Origin: Eledone cirrhosa
Lineage: Eukaryota
Length of the DNA stretch: 64,000 nucleotides
Assembly (NCBI GenBank): GCA_964016885.1
Contig: OZ024740.1
Location: 59,954,001 to 60,018,000 of the forward strand
Direction of reading: 5' to 3'
Made by a program: the position numbers and the translations under genes. The notes under the pieces are model-generated. The model made no database searches and was not told the DNA's origin. It saw only the letters and a list, made by a program, of their open reading frames with translations. Shown here piece after piece: positions 1 to 15,000 of the stretch (within the stretch, counting starts at the first letter, position 1; each line of letters begins with the position of its first letter).

Positions 1-3000
1 GGTGCTTTTAGTTGTGACTCCTACAAGACCACTCGACAGTGGGCTGGGTGCTTTTAGTTGTGAATTCTACAAGACCACTTTACAGTGTGGTTTGGGTGCT
101 TTTAGTTGTGACTCCTACAAGACCACTTTACAGTGTGGGGTGAATGCTTTTAGTTGTAACACCTACAAGACCAATTTACAGTGTGGGTTGGATGCTTTTA
201 GTTGTGACTACTACAAGACCACTTTACAGTGTGGGCTGGATGCTTTTAGTTGTGACTCCTACATGAACACTTTACAGTGTGGGTTGTGTGCTTTTAGTTG
301 TGACATCTGCATGACCACTTTACAGTGTGGGCTGGATGCTTTTAGTTGTGACTCCTACAAGACCACTTTACAGTGTGGGTTGGGTGCTTTTATTTGTGAC
401 ACTTACATGACCACTTTACAGCGTGTGCTGGATGCTTTTAGTTGTGACTCGTACAAGAACACTTTACAGTGTGAACTGGATGCTTTTATTTGTGATACCT
501 ACAAAACCACTTGACAGTGGGCTGGGTGCTTTTAGTTGTGACTCCTACAAGACCACTTTACAGTGTGCGTTGGATGCTTTTATTTGTGACTCCTACAAGA
601 CCACTTTAGAGTGTGGGCTGGATGCTTTTAATTGTGACTCCTACAAGACCACTTTACAGTGGGCTGGGTGCTTTTAGTTGTGACTCCTACAAGACCACTT
701 TACAGTGTGGGCTGGGTGCTTTTAGTTGTGACTCCTACAAGACCACTCGACAGTGGGCTGGGTGCTTTTAGTTGTGACTTCTACAAGACCACTTTACAGT
801 GTGGTTTGCGTGCTTTTAGTTGTGACTCCTACAAGACCACTTTACAGTGTGGGGTGGATGCTTTTAGTTGTAACACCTACAAGACCACTTTACAGTGTGG
901 GTTGGATGCTTTTAGTTGTGACTACTACAAGACCACTTTACAGTGTGGGCTGGATGCTTTTAGTTGTGACACCTATAAGACCACTTTACAGTGTGGGTTG
1001 GGTGCTTTTAGTTGTGACATCTGCATGACCACTTTACAGTGCGGGCTGGATGCTTTTAGTTGTGACATCTACATGACCACTTTACAGTGTGGGTTGGGTG
1101 CTTTTAGTTGTGACTCCTACATGACCACTTTACAATGTGGGCTGGGTGCTTTTAGTTGTGACTCCTACAAGACCACTTTACACTGTGGGCTGGGTTCTTT
1201 TAGTTGTGACTCCTACATGACCACTTTACAGTGTGTGCTGGGTGCTTTTAGTTGTGACTCCTACAAGAACACTTTACAGGGTGGGCTGGGTTCTTTTAGT
1301 TGTGACATCTGCATGACCACTTTACAGTGTGGGCTGCGTGCTTTTAGTTGTGACTCCTACAAGACCACTTTACAGTGTGGGTTGGGTGCTTTTATTTGTG
1401 ACTCCTACAAGACCACTTTACAGTGTGGGCTGGGTGCTTTTAGTTGTGACTCCTACAAGACCACTTTACAGTGTGGGTTGGGTGCTTTTATTTGTGACAC
1501 TTACATGACCACTTTACAGTGTGGGTTGGGTGCTTTTATTTGTGACACTTACATGACCACTTTACAGTGTGGGCTGGATGCTTTTAGTTGTGACTCGTAC
1601 AAGAACACTTTACAGTGTGAACTGGATGCTTTTATTTGTGATACCTACAAGACCACTTGACAGTGGGCTGGGTGCTTTTAGTTGTGACTCCTACAAGACC
1701 ACTTTACAGTGTGGGCTGGATGCTTTTAGTTGTGAAACCTACAAGACCACTCAACAGTGGGCTGGGTGCTTTTAGCTGTGACTCCTACAAGACCATTTTA
1801 CAGTGTGCGTTGGATGCTTTTATTTGTGACTCCTACAAGACCACTTTACAGTGTGGGCTGGATGCTTTTAGTTGTGACTCCTACAAGACCACTTTACAGT
1901 GTGGGTTGGATGCTTTTATTTGTGACTCCTACAAGACCACTTTAGAGTGTGGGCTGGATGCTTTTACTTGTGACTCCTACAAGACCACTCAACAGTGGGC
2001 TGGGTGCTTATAGTTGTGACTCCTACAAGACCACTTTACAGTGTGGGCTGGGTGCTTTTAGTTGTGACTCCTACAAGACCACTCGACAGTGGGCTGGGTG
2101 CTTTTAGTTGTGACTTCTACAAGACCACTTTACAGTGTGGTTTGGGTGCTTTTAGTTGTGACTCCTACAAGACCACTTTACAGTGTGGGGTGAATGCTTT
2201 TAGTTGTAACACCTACAAGACCACTTTACAGTGTGGGTTGGATGCTTTTAGTTGTGACTACTACAAGACCACTTTACAGTGTGGGCTGGATGCTTTTAGT
2301 TGTGACACCTACAAGACCACTTTACAGTGTGGGCTGGATGCTTTTAGTTGTGACTCCTACATGAACACTTTACAGTGTGGGTTGTGTGCTTTTAGTTGTG
2401 ACATCTGCATGACCACTTTACAGTGTGGGCTGGATGCTTTTAGTTGTGACTCCTACAAGACCACTTTACAGTGTGGGTTGGGTGCTTTTATTTGTGACAC
2501 TTACATGACCACTTTACAGCGTGTGCTGGATGCTTTTAGTTGTGACTCGTACAAGAACACTTTACAGTGTGAACTGGATGCTTTTATTTGTGATACCTAC
2601 AAAACCACTTCACAGTGGGCTGGGTGCTTTTAGTTGTGACTCCTACAAGACCACTTTACAGTGTGCGTTGGATGCTTTTATTTGTGACTCCTACAAGACC
2701 ACTTTAGAGTGTGGGCTGGATGCTTTTACTTGTGACTCCTACAAGACCACTCAACAGTGGGCTGGGTGCTTTTAGTTGTGACTCCTACAAGACCACTTTA
2801 CAGTGTGGGCTGGGTGCTTCTAGTTGTGACTCCTACAAGACCACTCGACAGTGGGCTGGGTGCTTTTAGTTGTGACTTCTACAAGACCACTTTACAGTGT
2901 GGTTTGCGTGCTTTTAGTTGTGACTCCTACAAGACCACTTTACAGTGTGGGGTGGATGCTTTTAGTTGTAACACCTACAAGACCACTTTACAGTGTGGGT

Positions 3001-6000
3001 TGGATGCTTTTAGTTGTGACTACTACAAGACCACTTTACAGTGTGGGCTGGATGCTTTTAGTTGTGACACCTATAATACCACTTTACAGTGTGGGTTGGG
3101 TGCTTTTAGTTGTGACATCTGCATGACCACTTTACAGTGTGGGCTGGATGCTTTTAGTTGTGACATCTACATGACCACTTTACAGTGTGGGTTGGGTGCT
3201 TTTAGTTGTGACTCCTACATGACCACTTTACAATGTGGGCTGGGTGCTTTTAGTTGTGACTCCTACATGACCACTTTACAGTGTGTGCTGGGTGCTTTTA
3301 GTTGTGACTCCTACAAGACCACTTTACAGTGTGGGCTGGGTTCTTTTAGTTGTGACATCTGCATGACCACTTTACAGTGTGGGCTGCGTGCTTTTAGTTG
3401 TGACTCCTACAAGAACACTTTACAGGGTGGGCTGGGTTCTTTTAGTTGTGACATCTGCATGACCACTTTACAGTGTGGGCTGCGTGCTTTTAGTTGTGAC
3501 TCCTACAAGACCACTTTACAGTGTGGGTTGGGTGCTTTTATTTGTGACTCCTACAAGACCACTTTACAGTGTGGGCTGGGTGCTTTTAGTTGTGACTCCT
3601 ACAAGACCACTTTACAGTGTGTGCTGGGTGCTTTTAGTTGTGACTCCTACAAGACCACTTTACAGTGTGGGCTGGGTGATTTTATTTGTGACACTTACAT
3701 GACCACTTTACAGTGTGGGCTGGATGCTTTTAGTTGTGACTCGTACAAGAACACTTTACAGTGTGAACTGGATGCTTTTATTTGTGATACCTACAAGACC
3801 ACTTGACAGTGGGCTGGGTGCTTTTAGTTGTGACTCCTACAAGACCACTTTACAGTGTGGGCTGGATGCTTTTAGTTGTGAAACCTACAAGACCACTCAA
3901 CAGTGGGCTGGGTGCTTTTTGTTGTGACTCCTACAAGACCATTTTACAGTGTGGGTTGGATGCTTTTATTTGTGACTCCTACAAGACCACTTTACAGTGT
4001 GGGCTGGATGCTTTTAGTTGTGACTCCTACAAGACCACTTTACAGTGTGGGTTGGATGCTTTTATTTGTGACTCCTACAAGACCACTTTAGAGTGTGGGC
4101 TGGATGCTTTTACTTGTGACTCCTACAAGACCACTCAACAGTGGGCTGGGTGCATATAGTTGTGACTCCTACAAGACCACTTTACAGTGTGGGCTGGGTG
4201 CTTTTAGTTGTGACTCCTACAAGACCACTCGACAGTGGTCTGGGTGCTTTTAGTTGTGACTTCTACAAGACCACTTTACAGTGTGGTTTGGGTGCTTTTA
4301 GTTGTGACTCCTACAAGACCACTTTACAGTGTGGGGTGAATGCTTTTAGTTGTAAAACCTACAAGACCACTTTACAGTGTGGGTTGGATGCTTTTAGTTG
4401 TGACTACTACAAGACCACTTTACAGTGTGGGCTGGATGCTTTTAGTTGTGACACCTACAAGACCACTTTACAGTGTGGGCTGGATGCTTTTAGTTGTGAC
4501 ACCTACAAGACCACTTTACAGTGTGGGCTGGATGCTTTTAGTTGTGACTCCTACATGAACACTTTACAGTGTGGGTTGTGTGCTTTTAGTTGTGACATCT
4601 GCATGACCACTTTACAGTGTGGGCTGGATGATTTTAGTTGTGACATCTACATGACCACTTTACAGTGTGGGTTGGGTGCTTTTAGTTGTGACTCCTACAT
4701 GACCACTTTACAATGTGGGCTGGGTGCTTTCAGTTGTAACTCGTACAAGACCACTTAACAGTGTGTGTTGGGTGCTTTTAGTTGTGACTCCTACATGACC
4801 ACTTTACAGTGTGAGTTGGGTGCTTTTAGTTGTGACACCTACAAGACCACTTTACAGTGTGGGCTGGATGCTTTTAGTTGTGACACCTACAAGACCACTT
4901 AACAGTGTGGGCTGGGTGCTTTTATTTGTGACACCTACAAGACCACTTTACAGTGTGGGTTGGGTGCTTTTATTTGTGACTCCTACAAGACCACTTTACA
5001 GTGTGGGTTGGGTGCTTTTAGTTGTGACTCCTACAAGACCACTTTACAGTGTGGGCTGGGTGCTTTTAGTTGTGACTCCTACAAGACCACTTTACAATGT
5101 GGGTTGGATGCTTTTAGTTGTGACTCCTACATGACCACTTTACAGTGTGGGCTGGATACTTTTAGTTGTGACTCGTATGAGACCACTTTACAGTGTGGGT
5201 TGGGTGCTTTTAGTTGTGACACCTACAAGACCACTTTACAGTGTGGGCTGGGTGCTTTTATTTGTGACACCTACAAGACCACTTTACAGTGTGGGCTGGG
5301 TGATTTTATTTGTGATTCCTACAAGACCACTTTACAGTGTGGGCTGGGTGCTTTTAGTTGTGACTCCTACAAGACCACTTTACAGTGTGGTTAGGGTGCT
5401 TTTAGTTGTGACTCCTACATGACCAGTTTACAGTGTGGGTAGGGTGCTTTTAGTTGTGGCATCTGCATGACCACTTTACAGTGTGGGCTGGATGCTTTTA
5501 GTTGTGACACCTACATGACCACTTTATGGTGTGGGTTGGGTGCTTTTAGTTGTGTCACCTACATGACCACTTTACAGTGTGGGCTGGACGCTTTTAGTTG
5601 TGACTCATACAAGACCACTTTACATTGTGGGCTGGGTGCTTTTAGTTGTGACTCCTACATGACCACTTTACAGTGTGTGCTGGGTGCTTTTAGTTGTGAC
5701 TCCTACAAGACCACTTTACAGTGTGGGCTGGGTTCTTTTAGTTGTGACATCTGCATGACCACTTTACAGTGTGGGTTGGGTGCTTTTAGTTGTGACTCCT
5801 ACAAGACCACTTTACAGTGTGGGCTGGGTTCTTTTAGTTGTGACATCTGCATGACCACTTTACAGTGTGAGCTGGATGCTTTAATTGTGACTCCTACAAG
5901 ACCACTTTACAGTGTGGGTTGGGTGCTTTTAGTTGTGACTCCTACAAGACCACTTTACAGTGTGGGTTTGGGAGCTTTTAGTTGTGACTCCTACAAGACC

Positions 6001-9000
6001 ACTTTACAGTGTGGGCTGGGTGCTTTTAGTTGTGACTCCTACAAGACAACTTTAATGTGTGGGTTGGATGCTTTTAGTTGTGATTCCTACATGACCACTT
6101 TACAGTGTGGGCTGGATGCTTTTAGTTGTGACTCGTACAAGACCACTTTACAGTGTGGGTTGGGTGCTTTTAGTTGTGACACCTACAAGACCACTTTACA
6201 GTGTGGGCTGGATGCTTTTATTTGTGACACTAACATGACCACTTTACAGTGTGGGCTGGGTGCTTTTATTTGTGACATCTACATGACCACTTTACAGTGT
6301 GGGTTGGGTGCTTTTAGTTGTGACTCCTACATGACCACTTTACAATGTGGGCTGGGTGCTTTTAGTTGTGACTCCTACATGACCACTTTACAGTGTGTGC
6401 TGGGTGCTTTTATTTGTGACTCCTACAAGACCACTTTACAGTGTGGGCTGGGTGCTTTTAGTTGTGACTCCTACAAGACCACTTTACAGTGTGGGTTGGG
6501 TGCTTTTAGTTGTGACATCTGCATGACCACTTTACAGTGTGGGCTGCGTGCTTTTAGTTGAGACTCCTACAAGACCACTTTACAGTGTGGGTGCTTTTAT
6601 TTGTGACTCCTACAAGACCACTTTACAGTGTGTGCTGGGTGCTTTTAGTTGTGACTCCTACAAGACCACTTTACAGTGTGTGCTGGGTGCTTTTAGTTGT
6701 GACTCCTACAAGACCACTTTACAGTGTGGGTTGGGTGCTTTTATTTGTGACACTTACATGACCACTTTACAGCGTGTGCTGGATGCTTTTAGTTGTGACT
6801 CGTACAAGAACACTTTACAGTGTGAACTGGATGCTTTTATTTGTGATATCTACAAAACCACTTGACAGTGGGCTGGGTGCTTTTAGTTGTGACTCCTACA
6901 AGACCACTTTACAGTTAGGTTGGATGCTTTTACTTGTGACTCCTACAAGACCACTCAACAGTGGGCTGGGTGCTTATAGTTGTGACTCCTACAAGACCAC
7001 TTTACAGTGTGAGCTGGGTGCTTTTAGTTGTGACTCCTACAAGACCACTCGACAGTGGGCTGGGTGCTTTTAGTTGTGACTTCTACAAGACCACTTTACA
7101 GTGTGGTTTGGGTGCTTTTAGTTGTGACTCCTACAAGACCACTTTACAGTGTGGGGTGGATACTTTTAGTTGTAACACCTACAAGACCACTTTACAGTGT
7201 GGGTTGGATGCTTTTAGTTGTGACTACTACAAGACCACTTTACAGTGTGGGCTGGATGCTTTTAGTTGTGACACCTACAAGACCACTTTACACTGTGGGC
7301 TGGATGCTTTTAGTTGTGACTCCTACATGACCACTTTACAGTGTGTGTTGGGTGCTTTTAGTTGTGACATCTGCATAACCACTTTACAGTGTGGGCTGGA
7401 TGCTTTTAGTTGTGACATCTACATGACCACTTTACAGTGTGGGTTGGGTGCTTTTAGTTGTGACTCCTACATGACCACTTTACAATGTGGGCTGGGTGCT
7501 TTTAGTTGTGACTCCTATATGACCACTTTACAGTGTGTGCTGGGTGCTTTTAGTTGTGACTCCTACAAGACCACTATACAATGTGGGCTGGGTTCTTTTA
7601 GTTGTGACTCCTACATGACCACTTTACAGTGTGTGCTGGGTGCTTTTAGTTGTGACTCCTACAAGACCACTTTACAGTGTGGGCTGGGTTCTTTTAGTTG
7701 TGACATCTGCATGACCACTTTACAGTGTGTGCTGCGTGCTTTTAGTTGTGACTCCTACAAGACCACTTTACAGTGTGGGTTGGGTGCTTTTATTTGTGAC
7801 TCCTACAAGACCACTTTACAGTGTGGGCTGGGTGCTTTTAGTTGTGACTCCTACAAGAACACTTTACAGTGTGTGCTGGGTGCTTTTAGTTGTGACTCCT
7901 ACAAGACCACTTTACAGTGTGGGTTGGGTGCTTTTATTTGTGACACTTACATGACCACTTTACAGTGTGGGCTGGATGCTTTTAGTTGTGACTCGTACAA
8001 GAACACTTTACAGTGTGAACTGGATGCTTTTATATGTGATACCTACAAGACCACTTGACAGTGGGCTAGGTGCTTTTAGTTGTGACTCCTACAAGACCAC
8101 TTTACAGTGTGGGCTGGATGCTTTTAGTTGTGACACCTACAAGACCACTCAACAGTGGGCTGGGTGCTTTTAGTTGTGACTCCTACAAGACCATTTTACA
8201 GTGTGGGTTGGATGCTTTTATTTGTGACTCCTACAAGACCACTTTACAGTGTGGGCTGGATGCTTTTAGTTGTGACTCCTACAAGACCACTTTACAGTGT
8301 GGGTTGGATGCTTTTATTTGTGACTCCTACAAGACCACTTTAGATTGTGGGCTGGATGGTTTTACTTGTGACTCCTACAAGACCACTCAACAGTGGGCTG
8401 GGTGCTTATAGTTGTGACTCCTACAAGACCACTTTACAGTGTGGACTGGGTGCTTTTACTTGTTACTCCTACAAGACCACTCGACAGTGGGCTGGGTGCT
8501 TTTAGTTGTGACATCTACAAGACCACTTTACAGTGTGGTTTGGGTGCTTTTAGTTGTGACTCCTACAAGACCACTTTACAGTGTGGGGTGGATGCTTTTA
8601 GCTGTAACACCTACAAGACCACTTTACACTGTGGGTTGGATGCTTTTAGTTGTGAATACTACAAGACCACTTTACAGTGTGGGCTGGATGCTTTTAGTTG
8701 AGACACCTACAAGACCACTTTACAGTGTGGGCTGGATGCTTTTAGTTGTGACTCCTACATGAACACTTTACAGTGTGGGTTGGGTGCTTTCAGTTGTGAC
8801 ACCTACATGACCACTTTACAGTGTGAGTTGGGTGCTTTTAGTTGTGACACCTACAAGACCACTTTACAGTGTGGGCTGGATGCTTTTAGTTGTGACACCT
8901 ACAAGACCACTTTACAGTGTGGGCTGGGTGCTTTTATTTGTGACACCTACAAGACCACTTTACTGTGTGGGTTGGGTGCTTTTATTTGTGACTCCTACAA

Positions 9001-12000
9001 GACCACTTTACAGTATGGGCTGGGTGCTTTTAGTTGTGACTCCTACAAGACCACTTTACAGTGTGGGCTGGGTGCTTTTAGTTGTGACTCCTACATGACC
9101 ACTTTACAGTGTGGGTAGGGTGCTTTTAGTTGTGACATCTGCATGACCACTTTACAGTGTGGGCTGGATGCTTTTAGTTGTGACATCTACATGACCACTT
9201 TACAGTGTGGGTTGGGTGCTTTTAGTTGTGACTCCTACATGACCACTTTAGAATGTGGGCTGGGTGCTTTTAGTTGTGACTCATACAAGACCACTTTACA
9301 TTGTGGGCTGGGTGCTTTTAGTTGTGACTCCTACATGACCACTTTACAGTGTGTGCTGGGTGCTTTTAGTTGTGACTCCTACAAGACCACTTTACAGTGT
9401 GGGCTAGATGCTTTTAGTAGTGACTCCTACAAAACCACTTTACAGTTGCAGCTGGGTGCTTTTAGTTGTGACTCCTACATGACCACTTTACAGTGTGTGC
9501 TGGGTGCTTTTAGTTGTGACTCCTACAAGACCACTTTACAGTGTGGGCTGTGTTCTTTTAGTTGTGACATCTGCATGACCACTTTACAGTGTGGGTTGGG
9601 TGCTTTTAGTTGTGACTCCTACATGACCACTTTACAGTGTGGGCTGGATGCTTTTAGTTGTGACTCGTACAAGACCACTTTACAGTGTGGGATTGGGTGC
9701 TTTTAGTTGTGTCACCTACAAGACCACTTTACAGTGTGGGCTGGATGCTTTTAGTTGTGACACCTACAAGACCACTTTACAGTGTGCGCTGGGTGCTTTT
9801 ATTTGTGACACCTACAAGACCACTTTACAGTGTGGGTTGGGTGCTTTTATTTGTGACTCCTACAAGACCACTTTACAGTGTGGGTTGGGTGCTTTTAGTT
9901 GTGACTCCTACAAGACCACTTTACAGTGTGGGCTGGGTGCTTTTAGTTGTGACTCCTACAAGACCACTTTACAGTGTGGGTTGGATGCTTTTAGTTGTGA
10001 CTCCTACATGACCACTTTACAGTGTGGGCTGGATACTTTTAGTTGTGACTCGTATAAGACCACTTTACAGTGTGGGTTGGGTGCTTTTAGTTGTGACACC
10101 TACAAGACCACTTTACAGTGTGGGCTGGATGCTTTTAGTTGTGACACCTACAAGACCACTTTACAGTGTGGGCTGTGTGCTTTTATTTGTGACACCTACA
10201 AGACCACTTTACAGTGTGGGCTGGGTGATTTTATTTGTGATTCCTACAAGATCACTTTACAGTGTGGGCTGGGTGCTTTTAGTTGTGACTCCTACAAGAC
10301 CACTTTACAGTGTGGGTAGGGTGCTTTTAGTTGTGACTCCTACATGACCAGTTTACAGTGTGGGTAGGGTGCTTTTAGTTGTGGCATCTGCATGACCACT
10401 TTACAGTGTGGGCTCGATGATTTTAGTTGTGACATCAACATGACCACTTTACAGTGTGGGTTGGGTGCTTTTAGTTGTGACTCCTACATGACCACTTTAC
10501 AATGTGGGCTGGGTGCTTTTAGTTGTGACTCGTACAAGACCACTTTACGGTGTGGGTTGGGTGCTTTTAGTTGTGACACCTACAAGACCACTTTACAGTG
10601 TGGGCTGGGTGCTTTTAGTTGTGACTCCTACATGATCAGTTTACAGTGTGGGTAGGGTGCTTTTAGTTGTGACATCTGCATGACCACTTTACAGTGTGGG
10701 CTGGATGCTTTTAGTTGTGACACCTACATGACGACTTTATGGTGTGGGTTGGGTGCTTTTAGTTGTGACTCCTACAAGACCACTTTACAGTGTGGGGTGG
10801 ATACTTTTAGTTGTAACACCTACAAGACCACTTTACAGTGTGGGTTGGATGCTTTTAGTTGTGACTACTACAAGACCACTTTACAGTGTGGGCTGGATGC
10901 TTTTAGTTGTGACACCTACAAGACCACTTTACAGTGTGGGCTGGATGCTTTTAGTTGTGACTCCTACATGACCACTTTACAGTGTGTGTTGGGTGCTTTT
11001 AGTTGTGACATCTGCATAACCACTTTACAGTGTCGGCTGGATGCTTTTAGTTGTGACATCTACATGACCACTTTACAGTGTGGGTTGGGTGCTTTTAGTT
11101 GTGACTCCTACATGACCACTTTACAATGTGGGCTGGGTGCTTTTAGTTGTGACTCCTATATGACCACTTTACAGTGTGTGCTGGGTGCTTTTAGTTGTGA
11201 CTCCTACAAGACCACTATACAGTGTGGGCTGGGTTCTTTTAGTTGTGACTCCTACATGACCACTTTACAGTGTGTGCTGGGTGCTTTTAGTTGTGACTCC
11301 TACAAGACCACTTTACAGTGTGGGCTGGGTTCTTTTAGTTGTGACATCTGCATGACCACTTTACAGTGTGTGCTGCGTGCTTTTAGTTGTGACTCCTACA
11401 AGACCACTTTACAGTGTGGGTTGGGTGCTTTTATTTGTGACTCCTACAAGACCACTTTACAGTGTGGGCTGGGTGCTTTTAGTTGTGACTCCTACAAGAA
11501 CACTTTACAGTGTGTGCTGGGTGCTTTTAGTTGTGACTCCTACAAGACCACTTTACAGTGTGGGTTGGGTGATTTTATTTGTGACACTTACATGACCACT
11601 TTACAGTGTGGGCTGGATGCTTTTAGTTGTGACTCGTACAAGAACACTTTACAGTGTGAACTGGATGCTTTTATTTGTGATACCTACAAGACCACTTTAC
11701 AGTGGGCTAGGTGCTTTTAGTTGTGACTCCTACAAGACCACTTTACAGTGTGGGCTGGATGCTTTTAGTTGTGACACCTACAAGACCACTCAACAGTGGG
11801 CTGGGTGCTTTTAGTTGTGACTCCTACAAGACCATTTTACAGTGTGGGTTGGATGCTTTTATTTGTGACTCCTACAAGACCACTTTACAGTGTGGGCTGG
11901 ATGCTTTTAGTTGTGACTCCTACAAGACCACTTTACAGTGTGGGTTGGATGCTTTTATTTGTGACTCCTACAAGACCACTTTAGATTGTGGGCTGGATGG

Positions 12001-15000
12001 TTTTACTTGTGACTCCTACAAGACCACTCAACAGTGGGCTGGGTGCTTATAGTTGTGACTCCTACAAGACCACTTTACAGTGTGGACTGGGTGCTTTTAC
12101 TTGTTACTCCTACAAGACCACTCGACAGTGGGCTGGGTGCTTTTAGTTGTGACATCTACAAGACCACTTTACAGTGTGGTTTGGGTGCTTTTAGTTGTGA
12201 CTCCTACAAGACCACTTTACAGTGTGGGGTGGATGCTTTTAGCTGTAACACCTACAAGACCACTTTACACTGTGGGTTGGATGCTTTTAGTTGTGAATAC
12301 TACAAGACCACTTTACAGTGTGGGCTGGATGCTTTTAGTTGAGACACCTACAAGACCACTTTACAGTGTGGGCTGGATGCTTTTAGTTGTGACTCCTACA
12401 TGAACACTTTACAGTGTGGGTTGGGTACTTTCAGTTGTAACTCGTACAAGACCACTTAACAGAGTGCGTTGGGTGCTTTTAGTTGTGACACCTACATGAC
12501 CACTTTACAGTGTGAGTTGGGTGCTTTTAGTTGTGACACCTACAAGACCACTTTACAGTGTGGGCTGGATGCTTTTAGTTGTGACACCTACAAGACCACT
12601 TTACAGTGTGGGCTGGGTGCTTTTATTTGTGACACCTACAAGACCACTTTACAGTATGGGCTGGGTGCTTTTAGTTGTGACTCCTACAAGACCACTTTAC
12701 AGTGTGGGCTGGGTGCTTTTAGTTGTGACTCCTACATGACCACTTTACAGTGTGGGTAGGGTGCTTCTAGTTGTGACATCTGCATGACCACTTTACAGTG
12801 TGGGCTGGATGCTTTTAGTTGTGACATCTACATGACCACTTTACAGTGTGGGTTGGGTGCTTTTAGTTGTGACTCCTACATGACCACTTTAGAATGTGGG
12901 CTGGGTGCTTTTAGTTGTGACTCATACAAGACCACTTTACATTGTGGGCTGGGTGCTTTTAGTTGTGACTCCTACATGACCACTTTACAGTGTGTGCTGG
13001 GTGCTTTTAGTTGTGACTCCTACAAGACCACTTTACAGTGTGGGCTAGATGCTTTTAGTAGTGACTCCTACAAAACCACTTTACAGTTGCAGCTGGGTGC
13101 TTTTAGTTGTGACTCCTACATGACCACTTTACAGTGTGTGCTGGGTGCTTTTAGTTGTGACTCCTACAAGACCACTTTACAGTGTGGGCTGTGTTCTTTT
13201 AGTTGTGACATCTGCATGACCACTTTACAGTGTGGGTTGGGTGCTTTTAGTTGTGACTCCTACATGACCACTTTACAGTGTGGGCTGGATGCTTTTAGTT
13301 GTGACTCGTACAAGACCACTTTACAGTGTGGGATTGGGTGCTTTTAGTTGTGTCACCTACAAGACCACTTTACAGTGTGGGCTGGATGCTTTTAGTTGTG
13401 ACACCTACAAGACCACTTTACAGTGTGCGCTGGGTGCTTTTATTTGTGACACCTACAAGACCACTTTACACTGTGGGTTGGGTGCTTTTATTTGTGACTC
13501 CTACAAGACCACTTTACAGTGTGGGTTGGGTGCTTTTAGTTGTGACTCCTACAAGACCACTTTACAGTGTGGGCTGGGTGCTTTTAGTTGTGACTCCTAC
13601 AAGACCACTTTACAGTGTGGGTTGGATGCTTTTAGTTGTGACTCCTACATGACCACTTTACAGTGTGGGCTGGATACTTTTAGTTGTGACTCGTATAAGA
13701 CCACTTTACAGTGTGGGTTGGGTGCTTTTAGTTGTGACACCTACAAGACCACTTTACAGTGTGGGCTGGATGCTTTTAGTTGTGACACCTACAAGACCAC
13801 TTTACAGTGTGGGCTGTGTGCTTTTATTTGTGACACCTACAAGACCACTTTACAGTGTGGGCTGGGTGATTTTATTTGTGATTCCTACAAGATCACTTTA
13901 CAGTGTGGGCTGGGTGCTTTTAGTTGTGACTCCTACAAGACCACTTTACAGTGTGGGTAGGGTGCTTTTAGTTGTGACTCCTACATGACCAGTTTACAGT
14001 GTGGGTAGGGTGCTTTTAGTTGTGGCATCTGCATGACCACTTTACAGTGTGGGCTCGATGATTTTAGTTGTGACATCAACATGACCACTTTACAGTGTGG
14101 GTTGGGTGCTTTTAGTTGTGACTCCTACATGACCACTTTACAATGTGGGCTGGGTGCTTTTAGTTGTGACTCGTACAAGACCACTTTACGGTGTGGGTTG
14201 GGTGCTTTTAGTTGTGACACCTACAAGACCACTTTACAGTGTGGGCTGGGTGCTTTTAGTTGTGACTCCTACATGATCAGTTTACAGTGTGGGTAGGGTG
14301 CTTTTAGTTGTGACATCTGCATGACCACTTTACAGTGTGGGCTGGGTTCTTTTAGTTGTGACATCTGCATGACCACTTTACAGTGTGTGCTGCGTGCTTT
14401 TAGTTGTGACTCCTACAAGACCACTTTACAGTGTGGGTTGGGTGCTTTTATTTGTGACTCCTACAAGACCACTTTACAGTGTGGGCTGGGTGCTTTTAGT
14501 TGTGACTCCTACAAGAACACTTTACAGTGTGTGCTGGGTGCTTTTAGTTGTGACTCCTACAAGACCACTTTACAGTGTGGGTTGGGTGATTTTATTTGTG
14601 ACACTTACATGACCACTTTACAGTGTGGGCTGGATGCTTTTAGTTGTGACTCGTACAAGAACACTTTACAGTGTGAACTGGATGCTTTTATTTGTGATAC
14701 CTACAAGACCACTTTACAGTGGGCTAGGTGCTTTTAGTTGTGACTCCTACAAGACCACTTTACAGTGTGGGCTGGATGCTTTTAGTTGTGACACCTACAA
14801 GACCACTCAACAGTGGGCTGGGTGCTTTTAGTTGTGACTCCTACAAGACCATTTTACAGTGTGGGTTGGATGCTTTTATTTGTGACTCCTACAAGACCAC
14901 TTTACAGTGTGGGCTGGATGCTTTTAGTTGTGACTCCTACAAGACCACTTTACAGTGTGGGTTGGATGCTTTTATTTGTGACTCCTACAAGACCACTTTA